The notes beneath the pieces are model-generated. The model made no database searches. It saw nothing but the letters and a program-made list of their open reading frames with translations, and had not been told where the DNA came from. DNA of 62,273 bases from positions 1-62,273 of IMG/VR virus record IMGVR_UViG_3300046054_000005, one strand, 5' to 3'. Positions 1 through 9,996 of this stretch are shown here, one piece after another. This DNA comes from a virus. Position 1 is the stretch's first letter. The number at the start of each line of letters is the position of its first letter. The position numbers were made by a program, and so were the translations under genes.

Positions 1-49
1 CGTTCGTCTTTGAGACAACGATTGACCTCTTTCCGCTCGAAGTCGATTA
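1..49. repeat. End overlap, copy 1. Identical to 62225-62273, so the window is one closed or circularly permuted genome of 62,224 bp plus overlap.
   Basis: Bases 1-49 (cgttcgtctttgag...gaagtcgatta) read identically at 62225-62273. Confidence 0.95.
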
Positions 50-1286
50 CGAAAACAGCAACGGTAACCAGGACACTTACTACCGTGCGCAACGCCCCTT
101 TATCTGCTCACTCCAAGCGGCAGAGTTCGACGACGAGGGGCAAGCGCTGGTTGAGCACACGTTGCCAAACTGGACATGCGAGGACCTCTACAAATTCCTG
201 CGCAACGTGACTGGCTTTCGGCTGCGCGCCGACTACGACCCGTTCCCGTCAGAGACGGTGCGCCTCGTAGAGATTGAGGGCGAGTACAACCCAGAAGGTC
301 CCGCGCTACCTTACCCTACGAATTTCAAAAAGGACGACCGCTACGACCTTTCCACCCGTCGCCCCGAAAAGAAAGATTTTGCGCTCTGGCTCGAAGGTCA
401 CACCCTTGGGGATACGAAGGCTCCGCCCGACGTGGCGACCTACGCTGCGTTCCGCCGTCGGGTCAACACGGAAGGTGAGCCGAATAACGAGAACGTACGG
501 GAGCTGGATATGCGCGCCCCTAAATACGAAGCGCGGACAAAGAACTCGTTTTCCGACGGCGATTTTTCAGAGCGCTATACGGCGGGTGAACCCCACATTG
601 ATACCGAACACAACTTTTGGGCGGCTGTGACGCAGGGGAATCCGACCGAGCTACGCGCTCGCGATTCGGGAAGTGGCGGCAAGCCCGACGTGTACAGCGA
701 GGTTTGGCTGAATGAACACTACTGGCGTCACGCGCTCGTTGCGGCCCCGCTGCACGAGGTGACCGGCACGTTTGACATTTCGGATTTGCCCCCGCTGAAA
801 GTAGGCGAAATTGACTCCGGCTTCAGACTGGAGGGAAAAGACTGGATCGTTCGATCAATCAAGCGCAACGAAGACAAAGAGGTGGCGCAGATCGTCGGAG
901 TGTGCCCGACGAACGAGTATAACCCCGGTCGCCTTGTCGGGTCGGTGCTTGGCTCACCGCAAAACGTCTTGCTACTCGGGGGCACTGAAGATACCGACCG
1001 TGACGGAGAGGTTGACCGTTACTCCTTGAGGGCCACTTGGGAACGAGGTACTGAACGTGGCATTCACCCGGCAGACTACCAGTGGGAGATTTATGACGAA
1101 AACGCCGCGCTTATTGCTGATGGGACGACGACAAACATGAATAGCGGGTGGGAAGACGTGACCGAAACCGAATACAACTCGGCCTCCTACGCAAGGGTGC
1201 GCGGTCGCTACACGCGCGCCCCAGAATGGGAAAGCTATTGGTCATACTCGCCTGGCGGCGGCATCGACCAAAGATACGAGGACTGA
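1..1286 (+). CDS. Tail protein following the tape measure. This is the C-terminal part of an ORF that starts at 61684 and crosses the window junction (about 608 aa in total).
   Basis: The frame of the ATG at 61684 is open to the window end. Through the 49-bp overlap it is the same frame as track ORF 162..1286. It lies directly after the tape measure gene. Confidence 0.6.
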   Translation, partial: FVFETTIDLFPLEVDYENSNGNQDTYYRAQRPFICSLQAAEFDDEGQALVEHTLPNWTCEDLYKFLRNVTGFRLRADYDPFPSETVRLVEIEGEYNPEGPALPYPTNFKKDDRYDLSTRRPEKKDFALWLEGHTLGDTKAPPDVATYAAFRRRVNTEGEPNNENVRELDMRAPKYEARTKNSFSDGDFSERYTAGEPHIDTEHNFWAAVTQGNPTELRARDSGSGGKPDVYSEVWLNEHYWRHALVAAPLHEVTGTFDISDLPPLKVGEIDSGFRLEGKDWIVRSIKRNEDKEVAQIVGVCPTNEYNPGRLVGSVLGSPQNVLLLGGTEDTDRDGEVDRYSLRATWERGTERGIHPADYQWEIYDENAALIADGTTTNMNSGWEDVTETEYNSASYARVRGRYTRAPEWESYWSYSPGGGIDQRYED

Positions 1287-1287
1287 T

Positions 1288-2220
1288 ATGCTTACTGGCC
1301 CCCCACGTGTCAACGACATCCTGTTCCCCTACCCGCAGTACGCGGGAGGCGGGGACGGGCGTATCGTGTGGGAGCCCGACCACCTGTACTTCGATGGTCG
1401 CGAGGGGCGCGTCATTCGGCAGACTCGCTACTACGGCGTCTACAACTTCGGGTACAACGCGCTGCCGACGAAAGACTACCGGAAGGTGATCGCCGCGCTC
1501 GACCTCGAAGACCCGGTTCGCCTCACGCTGACCCGCGCGAAGGGCGACCCCGACGACGTATCGGAGACGGAGCTACGGTGCGCACTGGAGAGCGTCGTCC
1601 CGGTCAGCGGATCTGGAGACAAAGCGCCGGGCGTGTACTCCCTTGAGATCAAGTTGCGCACGCTGGAGTGGCGCGCTACGCGGGACGGCGTGAGCGGGCA
1701 GGTGCTGTACCACGGGTTCGACTTTTCGCAGGATACGGATTTGCTTGGCGGGGTACAATATAGGAGCCGGTCGCCGAAGGTGTGGCGCACCTCGCTACCT
1801 TACCCAAAGCGCCTCGCGAAGCTGGAGGTGGTCGAGTCGGGCGACGTGACGGTGCGGTTCTACGACGCGCAAAAGGCGCAGATCGGTTATGACCGTACGG
1901 AGACGCTTGACGCCGGGGGGAGCATGTACCTCGAACTGCCGGAGGGGATGCGCGAGATCGAAGTCGAAACGAGCGGGTCGCGGCCCAGCCTTTACCTCGA
2001 CGACGACACCTTCGCGCTCGTGATGGTGCAGAACAACCAAGGCAGCATCCAGCTGCGCGCCTACGACACGGGTGCGAGTTGGCAGGAACACCCCATTGAC
2101 GACCTTACGTTCAAGGGCACGACGTACGGAATGCCGACGCAGGTCGAGATGCCGCCGCAGGCGCAAGATTACCTGCACGAGGTGCGCGCGACGAGCCTTT
2201 CCCTCACGCTCCAAGCCTGA
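1288..2220 (+). CDS. Hypothetical tail/baseplate-region protein.
   Basis: 310-aa ORF with an ATG 1 nt after the upstream stop, inside the tail module. Confidence 0.5.
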   Translation: MLTGPPRVNDILFPYPQYAGGGDGRIVWEPDHLYFDGREGRVIRQTRYYGVYNFGYNALPTKDYRKVIAALDLEDPVRLTLTRAKGDPDDVSETELRCALESVVPVSGSGDKAPGVYSLEIKLRTLEWRATRDGVSGQVLYHGFDFSQDTDLLGGVQYRSRSPKVWRTSLPYPKRLAKLEVVESGDVTVRFYDAQKAQIGYDRTETLDAGGSMYLELPEGMREIEVETSGSRPSLYLDDDTFALVMVQNNQGSIQLRAYDTGASWQEHPIDDLTFKGTTYGMPTQVEMPPQAQDYLHEVRATSLSLTLQA

Positions 2221-2221
2221 T

Positions 2222-3235
2222 ATGCCTACCGACAGCCCCTTACTGGAGAAGGCGAGCAGCGTGGACCGCTCGACGCTGCAAGAGCTGCTTGACCAAATCG
2301 AGCAGTCCGAAGTCACGACGACGGACGCGCGCGACGCGGCGAGCACGAGCGAGAGCAATGCTTCGAGCAGCGCGACGAGCGCTTCCAATTCTGCTACGTA
2401 CGCGGATGACTCTGCGCGGACGGCCAGCAACGAGGCAGACGATGCCGCCACCTCTGCTTCAACCGCGCAGGGCCATGCGCAAACGGCCAGTAGTGACGCC
2501 AGCGACGCGGCCACCAGCGCGGAGAACGCCAGCCAAAGCGCGTCGGATGCGGCGTCGAGCGCGGCGGCGGCCAGCAGCGAGGCAGACGATGCGGCGTCAT
2601 CGGCTTCCGCTGCACAGACCTATGCGCAAGCAGCCGAAAGCGAGACGAGCGACGCGCAGACAGCGGCGCAGAGCGCGGCGAATGATGCGCAGGCCGCTTC
2701 CGACTCGGCAACGGCGAGTGCTCAAAGCGAGGCGCTTGCCGATCAAAGTGAGACGAGCGCTGCGCAGAGCGCATCCGATGCGCAAGACTACGCGGAGACC
2801 GCAAGGCAAGAGGCCAGTGAAGCTGGCAATGCTGCTGTCAGGGCGGAGCGGGCAGAAGAAGCAGCGGAGGAGGTGGCTGCCCTCGCGCCGTTATCACGAA
2901 CCCTCGTGGTCGATGGCCGCTTCGATGGCAACGTTGGCAATGTCGCTTTCGGAACGGTGGAACGCGCGGTGCTCTACGCGCGCGGCGTCGTAGATCATAG
3001 CGGTGGCAAAGTGCTGATTCGGTGCTACCACGGAGAAGACGAAGAGCCGATCAGCGTAGACTTGAGCGATCACGATATTGCTCCCGACCCGCTGGACGAG
3101 GATATCCGCATCGTCAGCCCCATTTTCAGCCGCCAAAAACAGGAGCTGATGCTGTACGGGGAGGCCAATCACGCGAACCTCGCGGGCACAATCCGACACG
3201 ACGACCTCGCTATTTCTATCAACACCCCCTCTTGA
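2222..3235 (+). CDS. Tail fibre protein with a long Ala/Ser/Asp/Glu-rich repeat (coiled-coil-like) N-terminal half.
   Basis: ATG at 2222 right after the upstream stop, in the frame of track ORF 2072..3235. It contains SxAxxSAxxA-type repeats typical of phage fibres. Confidence 0.6.
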   Translation: MPTDSPLLEKASSVDRSTLQELLDQIEQSEVTTTDARDAASTSESNASSSATSASNSATYADDSARTASNEADDAATSASTAQGHAQTASSDASDAATSAENASQSASDAASSAAAASSEADDAASSASAAQTYAQAAESETSDAQTAAQSAANDAQAASDSATASAQSEALADQSETSAAQSASDAQDYAETARQEASEAGNAAVRAERAEEAAEEVAALAPLSRTLVVDGRFDGNVGNVAFGTVERAVLYARGVVDHSGGKVLIRCYHGEDEEPISVDLSDHDIAPDPLDEDIRIVSPIFSRQKQELMLYGEANHANLAGTIRHDDLAISINTPS

Positions 3236-3238
3236 CCC

Positions 3239-3739
3239 ATGTCCGGAATCGCATATGAACTCGTACCGGAAGCCGAAGCGCCTGACGAATTACAACCGGG
3301 CGTCACCCGGTATGTAGAGCAGCCAGACGGCGGGGTCGAGGAATACATCGGCGACGAGGATGGGAACCCGGTGCTCGTTTCGGGGCGCAGCCAGGTCCTC
3401 TTTGCTGCCGACCTTTACATCAATAAAAACAGCAGCAACAACCGAACAGTGTTTTGCGATGTTTTGGGGCTTACGAACGTGGAGTATGCATATAGTGAGC
3501 CGGATTACTACTATGGCGAGATTGCTTTTAACACCGAAAACCCCCCGAACAGCGCAAAGACTAAACTAAGGGTGCGCCACGCTACGCAAGGTGAACATTA
3601 TTCGGTTCAATACCGGCCACAAAGAGGCAATTATGAATATGGTGAGGTTAGTGTTGTGGCGTACGAAGCAGGAGTAGACGATTCGTTGGTCCTCGATCCA
3701 GGCAAATTTCACGTTTATGTCGAGATTGTCCAGTTTTAG
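3239..3739 (+). CDS. Hypothetical protein (fibre-associated position).
   Basis: 166-aa ORF, tightly packed after the fibre gene. Confidence 0.45.
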   Translation: MSGIAYELVPEAEAPDELQPGVTRYVEQPDGGVEEYIGDEDGNPVLVSGRSQVLFAADLYINKNSSNNRTVFCDVLGLTNVEYAYSEPDYYYGEIAFNTENPPNSAKTKLRVRHATQGEHYSVQYRPQRGNYEYGEVSVVAYEAGVDDSLVLDPGKFHVYVEIVQF

Positions 3740-3756
3740 AAGCTGACCTTTCACTC

Positions 3757-4974
3757 ATGCCTGACGTCCTCATTCCCGATTCCGGTAGCCACGGAAATAC
3801 GGTTTCCTACTACCTTCGCGAGACCCTCGCGCGCTACGACGTGGACGGCTGGACTGTGGACGTGCGCGACTTGAGCGCAATCGAAGCGGCGGACACAGCA
3901 CTCGCAGAGGGATACGCCCTGATTTCGCGCTCGAAAGTGCCACCCGACACCGACGCAACGCGCAAGGCGTGGGAGCAGGGGCACATTCCGTATCTACATG
4001 GCATCGGCACGGCAGATTTAGGCTACAACGAGCGTCCCCGCTTCGGCGAAGGATGGGGCCTGTACCTCTGGAGTGACCTGCCGACCGACGACGAGCCGCC
4101 CTCGCAGCGGGGTCCCGGGCTGGAGGCCACGTCGATCGCGTATGATGACGACCTCACGCCGTCGTACAATGTGCCGACCATCGGAGCCTTGCTGATATGG
4201 CTCTACGAGACGCGCACGGACACAGCAGCAGCAGACGAGCAGCGCTGGCTCGACGCACGCGCGCTGCTGCGCAGGATGGCGACGCGGTACGATCAAGGGT
4301 GGGACGAGGATTGGGGATACGGGAGCGTCTACGGCGCGGAACCCGGCGGCAGTGACACGTACAGCGCGGAGGCGCAGGCGCAGGTGGATCGCGTAGACGC
4401 CGCCACCGCGGGCGTGCAGCCGCCGATGGACGTGCGCGCGACCGATCAAGGGGGCGGCGAGATCCTCGTCAAGTGGCTGCCGTATCGCTCCAGCGCTTAC
4501 TTCCAGACGGTGATCAAGCGCGGCAGCGAGGAGGTGTACTACGGCGACCAAAAGCAAACGACGGTTGCCCACCTTCCCGATGCTGGCGAGACACTCACGC
4601 TGCGGAGCCAAGACACCCAAGACACGCGCTCTCGCACGCCCGGCTACGCAACGCTTGACCTGTCTTCGTACTCCTACGTGCCGACCGATCCGCCCAGGCC
4701 GACCGTGGCTCGCGAGGGACGCGAGGTGTCAGTCGCGGTAGCCCCTGTGCCGTACGATCGCGAAGTAGACGTGAGCACGTCGCTGGGGTCAGTGGATGGC
4801 ACGGCTTCACTCCCGGCAGGCGAGGAAGAGGTCACGCACACGCTCGCCTCGAAAGAGCAGTCCGCACGGTACCGCGTGGCGGTGCTCGCGGCGGACGGGA
4901 GCCGTCTTGGTACGGGGCCGTGGCGCTACGTGCCGGGTGAGCAGGACGTGGAGACGTCTGTCGCGGTGCGATGA
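3757..4974 (+). CDS. Hypothetical structural protein with FN3/Ig-like C-terminal segments.
   Basis: 405-aa ORF. The C-terminal half has beta-sandwich-like segments (e.g. GEILVKWLPYRSSAYFQTVIKRG). Confidence 0.4.
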   Translation: MPDVLIPDSGSHGNTVSYYLRETLARYDVDGWTVDVRDLSAIEAADTALAEGYALISRSKVPPDTDATRKAWEQGHIPYLHGIGTADLGYNERPRFGEGWGLYLWSDLPTDDEPPSQRGPGLEATSIAYDDDLTPSYNVPTIGALLIWLYETRTDTAAADEQRWLDARALLRRMATRYDQGWDEDWGYGSVYGAEPGGSDTYSAEAQAQVDRVDAATAGVQPPMDVRATDQGGGEILVKWLPYRSSAYFQTVIKRGSEEVYYGDQKQTTVAHLPDAGETLTLRSQDTQDTRSRTPGYATLDLSSYSYVPTDPPRPTVAREGREVSVAVAPVPYDREVDVSTSLGSVDGTASLPAGEEEVTHTLASKEQSARYRVAVLAADGSRLGTGPWRYVPGEQDVETSVAVR

Positions 4975-5034
4975 ACCTTTGGCGAAACGAGCGATAATAC
5001 CCACCCGCTCCCGCAACGCAATCGCCCCATTACC

Positions 5035-5607
5035 ATGAGTTGCGAAAAAACATCCGCCCTTGACGCTGCCCTTACGGAGTTGTTGAGCGTGGAGGGCGAC
5101 TTTTCCGACCACGAATTCGATTCGGGCGGTGCGACGCGCTTCGGCATCACACGGCAGGTCGCTCGCGAGCACGGGTACACGGGTTCGATGCGCGATCTTC
5201 CGAAGCAAACGGCGCGCGAGATTTACCGCACCGCCTACTGGCAACCCAGCGGCGCAGAGGAACTCGCAGAAGAACACCCGCAGTTGGCGTTCGAACTTTT
5301 CGAGTACGGCGTCAATGCAGGCGTGTCGAGGGCGGTGCGCGACCTGCAAGAAATCTGCAACGCCGCCAACCGCAACGAAAGTGACTATTCCGACATTGCC
5401 GAAGACGGAGCGTGGGGGCCGCAGACACGCGGGGCCGTGCGCGCCTACGCCGATGAGCGCGGTGACGTAGGCGTGCTGGAAAAGGGACTGGACGGGCAGC
5501 AGGCGGCGTTCTACCTCTCGCTCGCGCGTCAGAACCCCCGCAAGTACGAGAATTTTTACGTCGGGTGGGTGGACAAGCGTATCGGTACTGACGCGGTGTT
5601 TTCGTAA
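5035..5607 (+). CDS. Endolysin: GH108-type lysozyme domain plus a PG_binding_3-like domain.
   Basis: The N-terminal motif VEGDFSDHEFDSGGATRFGIT matches the GH108 signature EGG..D..D.GG.T..GIT. DGAWGPQTRGAV is peptidoglycan-binding-like. Confidence 0.75.
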   Translation: MSCEKTSALDAALTELLSVEGDFSDHEFDSGGATRFGITRQVAREHGYTGSMRDLPKQTAREIYRTAYWQPSGAEELAEEHPQLAFELFEYGVNAGVSRAVRDLQEICNAANRNESDYSDIAEDGAWGPQTRGAVRAYADERGDVGVLEKGLDGQQAAFYLSLARQNPRKYENFYVGWVDKRIGTDAVFS

Positions 5608-5616
5608 TGATCTTTC

Positions 5617-5991
5617 ATGGTTTCGATGATTGCTTCTATCCTGACGCCAATCGGCCTCCTTGTCGGGGCCGTGATCGGGTACTTTCTCAAACGCTTCGTC
5701 GCACAGAGTGACAAGACGATGGATGAGCTGAACGAGCGTATTGAGCAAGTACACCAGCGCAGCCTCGAACGTGACGATGAGCACGACGAGGAGATCCGAC
5801 AGCTACGCACGGACCTCAACAAAAACGTCGTTCGCAACAGCGACCTCGACCGTTTCGAGGACCGAATGAATCGTCGGCTCAAGCAGAGCAGACAGGAGAC
5901 CCTTGAGCGGATAGACACGTTGGAGGACAACGTGTCGCGTCAGATCGAGACGATGATTAGCTTGGTCAACGAACTTCCCAACCTCGGCTAA
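5617..5991 (+). CDS. Membrane-anchored coiled-coil protein (holin or i-spanin-like lysis candidate).
   Basis: N-terminal TM helix (IASILTPIGLLVGAVIGYFL) followed by a charged coiled-coil. It is adjacent to the endolysin gene. Confidence 0.5.
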   Translation: MVSMIASILTPIGLLVGAVIGYFLKRFVAQSDKTMDELNERIEQVHQRSLERDDEHDEEIRQLRTDLNKNVVRNSDLDRFEDRMNRRLKQSRQETLERIDTLEDNVSRQIETMISLVNELPNLG

Positions 5992-6356
5992 TGGAAGACC
6001 CTCCCGACAAAGTTCATACGGTCGATCCCAGCGCGACCGACCCCCAAACGCCGGACACGTTTCCTTCCCCACAAGAAAACTCCGATCAAATGGCAGACGA
6101 ACGAGGCATCACAGAGACGAAGCAGGCAGTCACTGGCGCCGTCCAGCTCATCGAAGCGACTATCCGTGCCGGGGCGGATGGTTTCGAAATAAGCGACGCG
6201 CGGGTGGTCATTACCGACCACGACATGCGGCAGGCCGTCCAGAAGGCCATCGAGGGCGCGTCGGAGATTCCGAATGAGGTGGCGGATCTCTCCTTTTCAG
6301 AAGGGGCGGACGTGGCCGCTCACACGGTGAGCGAGATTCGCGACATTCTCTCCTGA
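5991..6356 (+). CDS. Hypothetical protein.
   Basis: 121-aa ORF with a TAATG overlap onto the upstream gene. Confidence 0.4.
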   Translation: MEDPPDKVHTVDPSATDPQTPDTFPSPQENSDQMADERGITETKQAVTGAVQLIEATIRAGADGFEISDARVVITDHDMRQAVQKAIEGASEIPNEVADLSFSEGADVAAHTVSEIRDILS

Positions 6357-6360
6357 CGCT

Positions 6361-6600
6361 ATGCTATCGTCTACGACTAACGGAAGGACGTCAAACAGGA
6401 CAATGGGTGAGCGAAACTCTGCCCCTTCTATCGCCCCGCTTTTCTTAGTTTTCACCGTGACGGCCATCACGGTCGCTATACTGGTGACGGAGCAAACGTT
6501 GCTCGCTAAGCTGGGCTGGAGCCGCGCGACCACCGGGCACTTGCTCTGGTGGTACTCTGAAAAGCAGAGGTACTCCGAGGGGCAGCGGACTGCCCGTTAG
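6361..6600 (+). CDS. Small membrane protein (lysis-cassette position).
   Basis: 79-aa ORF with one clear TM segment (APLFLVFTVTAITVAILV). Confidence 0.4.
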   Translation: MLSSTTNGRTSNRTMGERNSAPSIAPLFLVFTVTAITVAILVTEQTLLAKLGWSRATTGHLLWWYSEKQRYSEGQRTAR

Positions 6601-6722
6601 CAGGCACGTAGCAGCAACACCGAGACCGACCGCCTCGCTCGCAAGTAGGTGGGCCGCTGCATCGAAGAGTGCGAGCAGGTCAAGGTAGCCGCGCGCATCA
6701 TCGAACAAATCCCAAAAATGAG

Positions 6723-6824
6723 ATGAAGTGGCTCATCATCATTCTACTTCTGCCGTTCGTGCTGGTAGCGCTGCGCTTCGCGCCTCTCGTGCTCGAAATT
6801 TACCTTGGAGGCTGGTACGACTGA
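6723..6824 (+). CDS. Possible 33-aa hydrophobic peptide (MKWLIIILLLPFVLVALRF...).
   Basis: Short ATG ORF read by eye, below the track cutoff. It is entirely hydrophobic at the N-terminus. Confidence 0.25.
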   Translation: MKWLIIILLLPFVLVALRFAPLVLEIYLGGWYD

Positions 6825-6849
6825 TACCCAACGAGCCTCACGCTACGCC

Positions 6850-9800
6850 ATGAGCAAGACCCGTGAAGACATAGAGGTTACGGCAGGCGACACGTGGCTG
6901 CGCCGCGTGCCGGTGCTGATGAATGGCGAGAAGCCGGAGGGCGGCATCGCAGGATGGGCCGTGACGATGACCGTCAAGGCCCGCCGCTCTGACGACGAAG
7001 TGATCGCCCGCCGCATCGTAACGGATCACTACGACGATGCGGAGGCGATCACGGCGCTCTTCCTCACGAGTGACGAGACGCGCGCAGTAGCCGATGCGCG
7101 CTACGGAGGGGCGCACTACGATGTGCAGGTCGAGACGCCTGCCGGAGACGTGCAGACGGTACGTGAGGGGCGCATCACTGCACGGGGGGATGTAACGCAG
7201 CAGACGCAGTTGGAGACGAGCGGGGTGCCAGTAGACATTGCTGAAGCGGACACGCTCACGCTGGCCCTCGATGGAGCCTTTCGCGGCCCGGTCGGCCCGG
7301 CGGGCGAAGGCGGACGCTACGTGAACGTCCAGAGCATGGGCGCGGAGGGCGACGGCATGAGCGACGACACCGCCGCGATTACCAGCGCCATCGAAGAGGC
7401 GAACCGCCAGCAGCGGGGCGTATACTTCCCCGGCGGCGACTACTACATCACCGGGGCGCTTCCCATGTACTCCGACATGGCGTGGGTAGGGGATGGCATG
7501 GCATACCAGCAGACGCACTTCCTCAAGATCCTGTCCATCGAGCCGAAGGGTTACGGCGAGGCCGAGGTATTCGTCGAGGACCCAGAGGGGCGCGTTACAC
7601 ACCGCATGATGGATGGCGACCCGGTCAAAATCTCCGGCTGTGCGGAGAGCGGTAACAATGGCATCCACAGCGTGGACCGCGTCGAGCCGGGTAACGACAT
7701 GGTGCGCATCAACAACGCGGCTGCCGTCAGCGAGTCTCCAGCCAATGCGGAGATTCGTGTTGCCTATCCGATGGGAGGGTCGCTCATTCGGTTTCAGAAC
7801 GTTGGGGATGGGTCGCTCAATACAGGCGACCGCTTCATCGAGGAGCGTGGCCTGCGGCACCTCAAGATGCATGACATCGGTTTCGTCGGACCCGGCATCA
7901 ACTCCGTCTACGGCGGCGGCCTGCGCTTCAAGCGCGAGGAATCGGGCCGGGCCATCACGGGCTACGACTTCAAGAACGTCTCGCTGGAGCACGTGGCGAT
8001 GGACGGGTTGCGTTTCGACCAACTCATTCACTCGACGCTCTCGCACCTGTACATCAAGCGGTGCGTCGGAGACGGGCTTCTCTTCGAAGGCGGCCCCGTG
8101 GCGGGCGGCACGACGACGAGTGTACATATCGAGGCTCCCTACATCCAGAACGTCAAGCGCGGCATCGCCTCATACACGAGCGCCTACTGTTCGGTCACCA
8201 ACCCTGTGATCGAGGGTACGTCGATTGGCTACTACTTCGAGCGCGCCATCGGGCTGACGCTCGATTCTCCCGCCTCCGAAACAATCAAGTTCGACGAGGT
8301 CGGTGCCGGGTGTGGCGAGACGCTGCGCCTGATCGACTGCTACGGCACGACGATCAACAGCCCGACCGTCTACTACAACCCACAGGAGACCGCGTGGGCA
8401 AAGTGTGCGATCATGGCGGTCGATCCCCAGCGTCGTGTAGAGAGTCCGTTCGGCGCAGTCAGTGGTGGGCACATTCATTGGTCGGTGGGGAGCAAGATCC
8501 CGGCGGTCGCTACGCGCTGGGACGGCCCGACCAACGAGGGGCGTGTCTATGTAGACGTAAGCGAGGACTACGGGTACCGACCGCCCAGCGGATCAACCTC
8601 GTCGAGCTGGGTCGGCAATAGTTATTGGGACGACGACATTCAGATCAAGGGCACGGGCTTCGAGCGCGACGAGCGCTTCAACGAGCGCTACAAGGTCACC
8701 TCCATCGAGAAGGTGACCTACACGTCATCGGATGCGACCGAAAAGGACAGGCCGCCCGGCCCGCACGACGACGCCGAGCAAGGGTTCGCGTTCGGTTCGG
8801 GGTGGAAAGATACGACGCTCCCGACGCGCGAGGGGCGCTGGTTCTGCCTCGACGCTACGGAAGGGGCGGCGCGGTGGACCGATGCGGAGGCTCTTTTCGA
8901 GATCGAGTTCGAGGGGCGCGACGGCAGTCCGCTGGACAAACAGGCGGTGTCGCGCAGTACAGATGCCTACCTGATCCGCGCGGGGCGCAACTATGGTGCC
9001 GACGTAGCCACCGATATAGTGTACCGCGTGCTGGAGACGGCCACTAACCAGAGCGGCGACTTGCTCGCGTGGCTCGACATTTCGGAATGGCTCCCCGTCC
9101 GGTACATCGCGAAGGTCGAGTACGATCCGTTCACGGGGTACTCAAGACGCGGGTACGCCATCCAAAGCCAAGACCTCTACACTCACAGCGACGGCACGAC
9201 GTACCTGCAAACGACGTATATCGTGCCGTCTACCGTTACCGATGGGCACGACTGGAAGGACGGCCTCCTTGACCCGCAGGCCGAAGAGGGGCACCCCATC
9301 CACGTCACCTTCGACGAGTTGGGCATCGAGCACGAGGTGCAGGTGGACTACGTCGAGCAGGACGAGTCCGACACCTCACTGCGTACCTACGTGCCCGTCG
9401 AGGAGTTCTTCCGCGCGGGCGAGCAGCTGCACATCGAGCAGACGATGCTTTCGGAGATGGAAGGCGACTGGACGGTCGATGCTGCCGTCTTCGACGAGAC
9501 CACCGAAGGAACGCCCTGCGTGAAGGTGACGTGTTCGGACCGGACGCTCCGCAACGAAATCGCGCGTTCGGTAGACTACGGCCTGTACACCCACCCGCGC
9601 ACGTCGGCCCCACTGTCCACTGGCATGAGCGTCACCGGCCTCGACGCGCTGTTCATGTACGACCCCGGCGATGCCGTCACGATGGAGGGCGGGCGTTCCT
9701 TCGAGGTCGCCTTCGCCAGCGGAGAGCTGGAGGCCACCGCGCGCGTGCCGGGAGCGTCGAACTTCAACTTTACCCCGTCAATCTCCGGCAGCTTCACGCG

Positions 9801-9993
9801 AGTGCGTCACGCCGGAACGGGGGCGCGCACCGCCTCCTTTGAGCGCGACGACGACACGGAGGCGGAGACGGTGCAGGTGCGGGCGGTGCGGAAGAAAAGC
9901 CCCGGCTTCGAGGCCATCTACGACCGGAATCCCGCGACGGAGCTTCGACCGGAGGTCACGGAGAACGCTGGCTCGATCACGCTTGACTGGTAG
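6850..9993 (+). CDS. Tailspike / receptor-binding protein with a pectate-lyase-type right-handed beta-helix domain.
   Basis: ATG at 6850 within track ORF 6805..9993. The motif VQSMGAEGDGMSDDTAAITSAIEEA resembles the Pectate_lyase_3 signature (GAKGDG.TDDT.AIQ.A). Confidence 0.7.
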   Translation: MSKTREDIEVTAGDTWLRRVPVLMNGEKPEGGIAGWAVTMTVKARRSDDEVIARRIVTDHYDDAEAITALFLTSDETRAVADARYGGAHYDVQVETPAGDVQTVREGRITARGDVTQQTQLETSGVPVDIAEADTLTLALDGAFRGPVGPAGEGGRYVNVQSMGAEGDGMSDDTAAITSAIEEANRQQRGVYFPGGDYYITGALPMYSDMAWVGDGMAYQQTHFLKILSIEPKGYGEAEVFVEDPEGRVTHRMMDGDPVKISGCAESGNNGIHSVDRVEPGNDMVRINNAAAVSESPANAEIRVAYPMGGSLIRFQNVGDGSLNTGDRFIEERGLRHLKMHDIGFVGPGINSVYGGGLRFKREESGRAITGYDFKNVSLEHVAMDGLRFDQLIHSTLSHLYIKRCVGDGLLFEGGPVAGGTTTSVHIEAPYIQNVKRGIASYTSAYCSVTNPVIEGTSIGYYFERAIGLTLDSPASETIKFDEVGAGCGETLRLIDCYGTTINSPTVYYNPQETAWAKCAIMAVDPQRRVESPFGAVSGGHIHWSVGSKIPAVATRWDGPTNEGRVYVDVSEDYGYRPPSGSTSSSWVGNSYWDDDIQIKGTGFERDERFNERYKVTSIEKVTYTSSDATEKDRPPGPHDDAEQGFAFGSGWKDTTLPTREGRWFCLDATEGAARWTDAEALFEIEFEGRDGSPLDKQAVSRSTDAYLIRAGRNYGADVATDIVYRVLETATNQSGDLLAWLDISEWLPVRYIAKVEYDPFTGYSRRGYAIQSQDLYTHSDGTTYLQTTYIVPSTVTDGHDWKDGLLDPQAEEGHPIHVTFDELGIEHEVQVDYVEQDESDTSLRTYVPVEEFFRAGEQLHIEQTMLSEMEGDWTVDAAVFDETTEGTPCVKVTCSDRTLRNEIARSVDYGLYTHPRTSAPLSTGMSVTGLDALFMYDPGDAVTMEGGRSFEVAFASGELEATARVPGASNFNFTPSISGSFTRVRHAGTGARTASFERDDDTEAETVQVRAVRKKSPGFEAIYDRNPATELRPEVTENAGSITLDW

Positions 9994-9996
9994 CCC

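Noticed and set aside
1795-2993. Long alternate-frame and antisense ORFs over the fibre gene region (1795..2514 minus, 2289..2993 plus, 2394..2804 minus).
   Set aside because: These are Arg/Ala/Pro-rich translations of a GC-rich repeat in the wrong frame. The fibre frame has the sensible start, context and composition.
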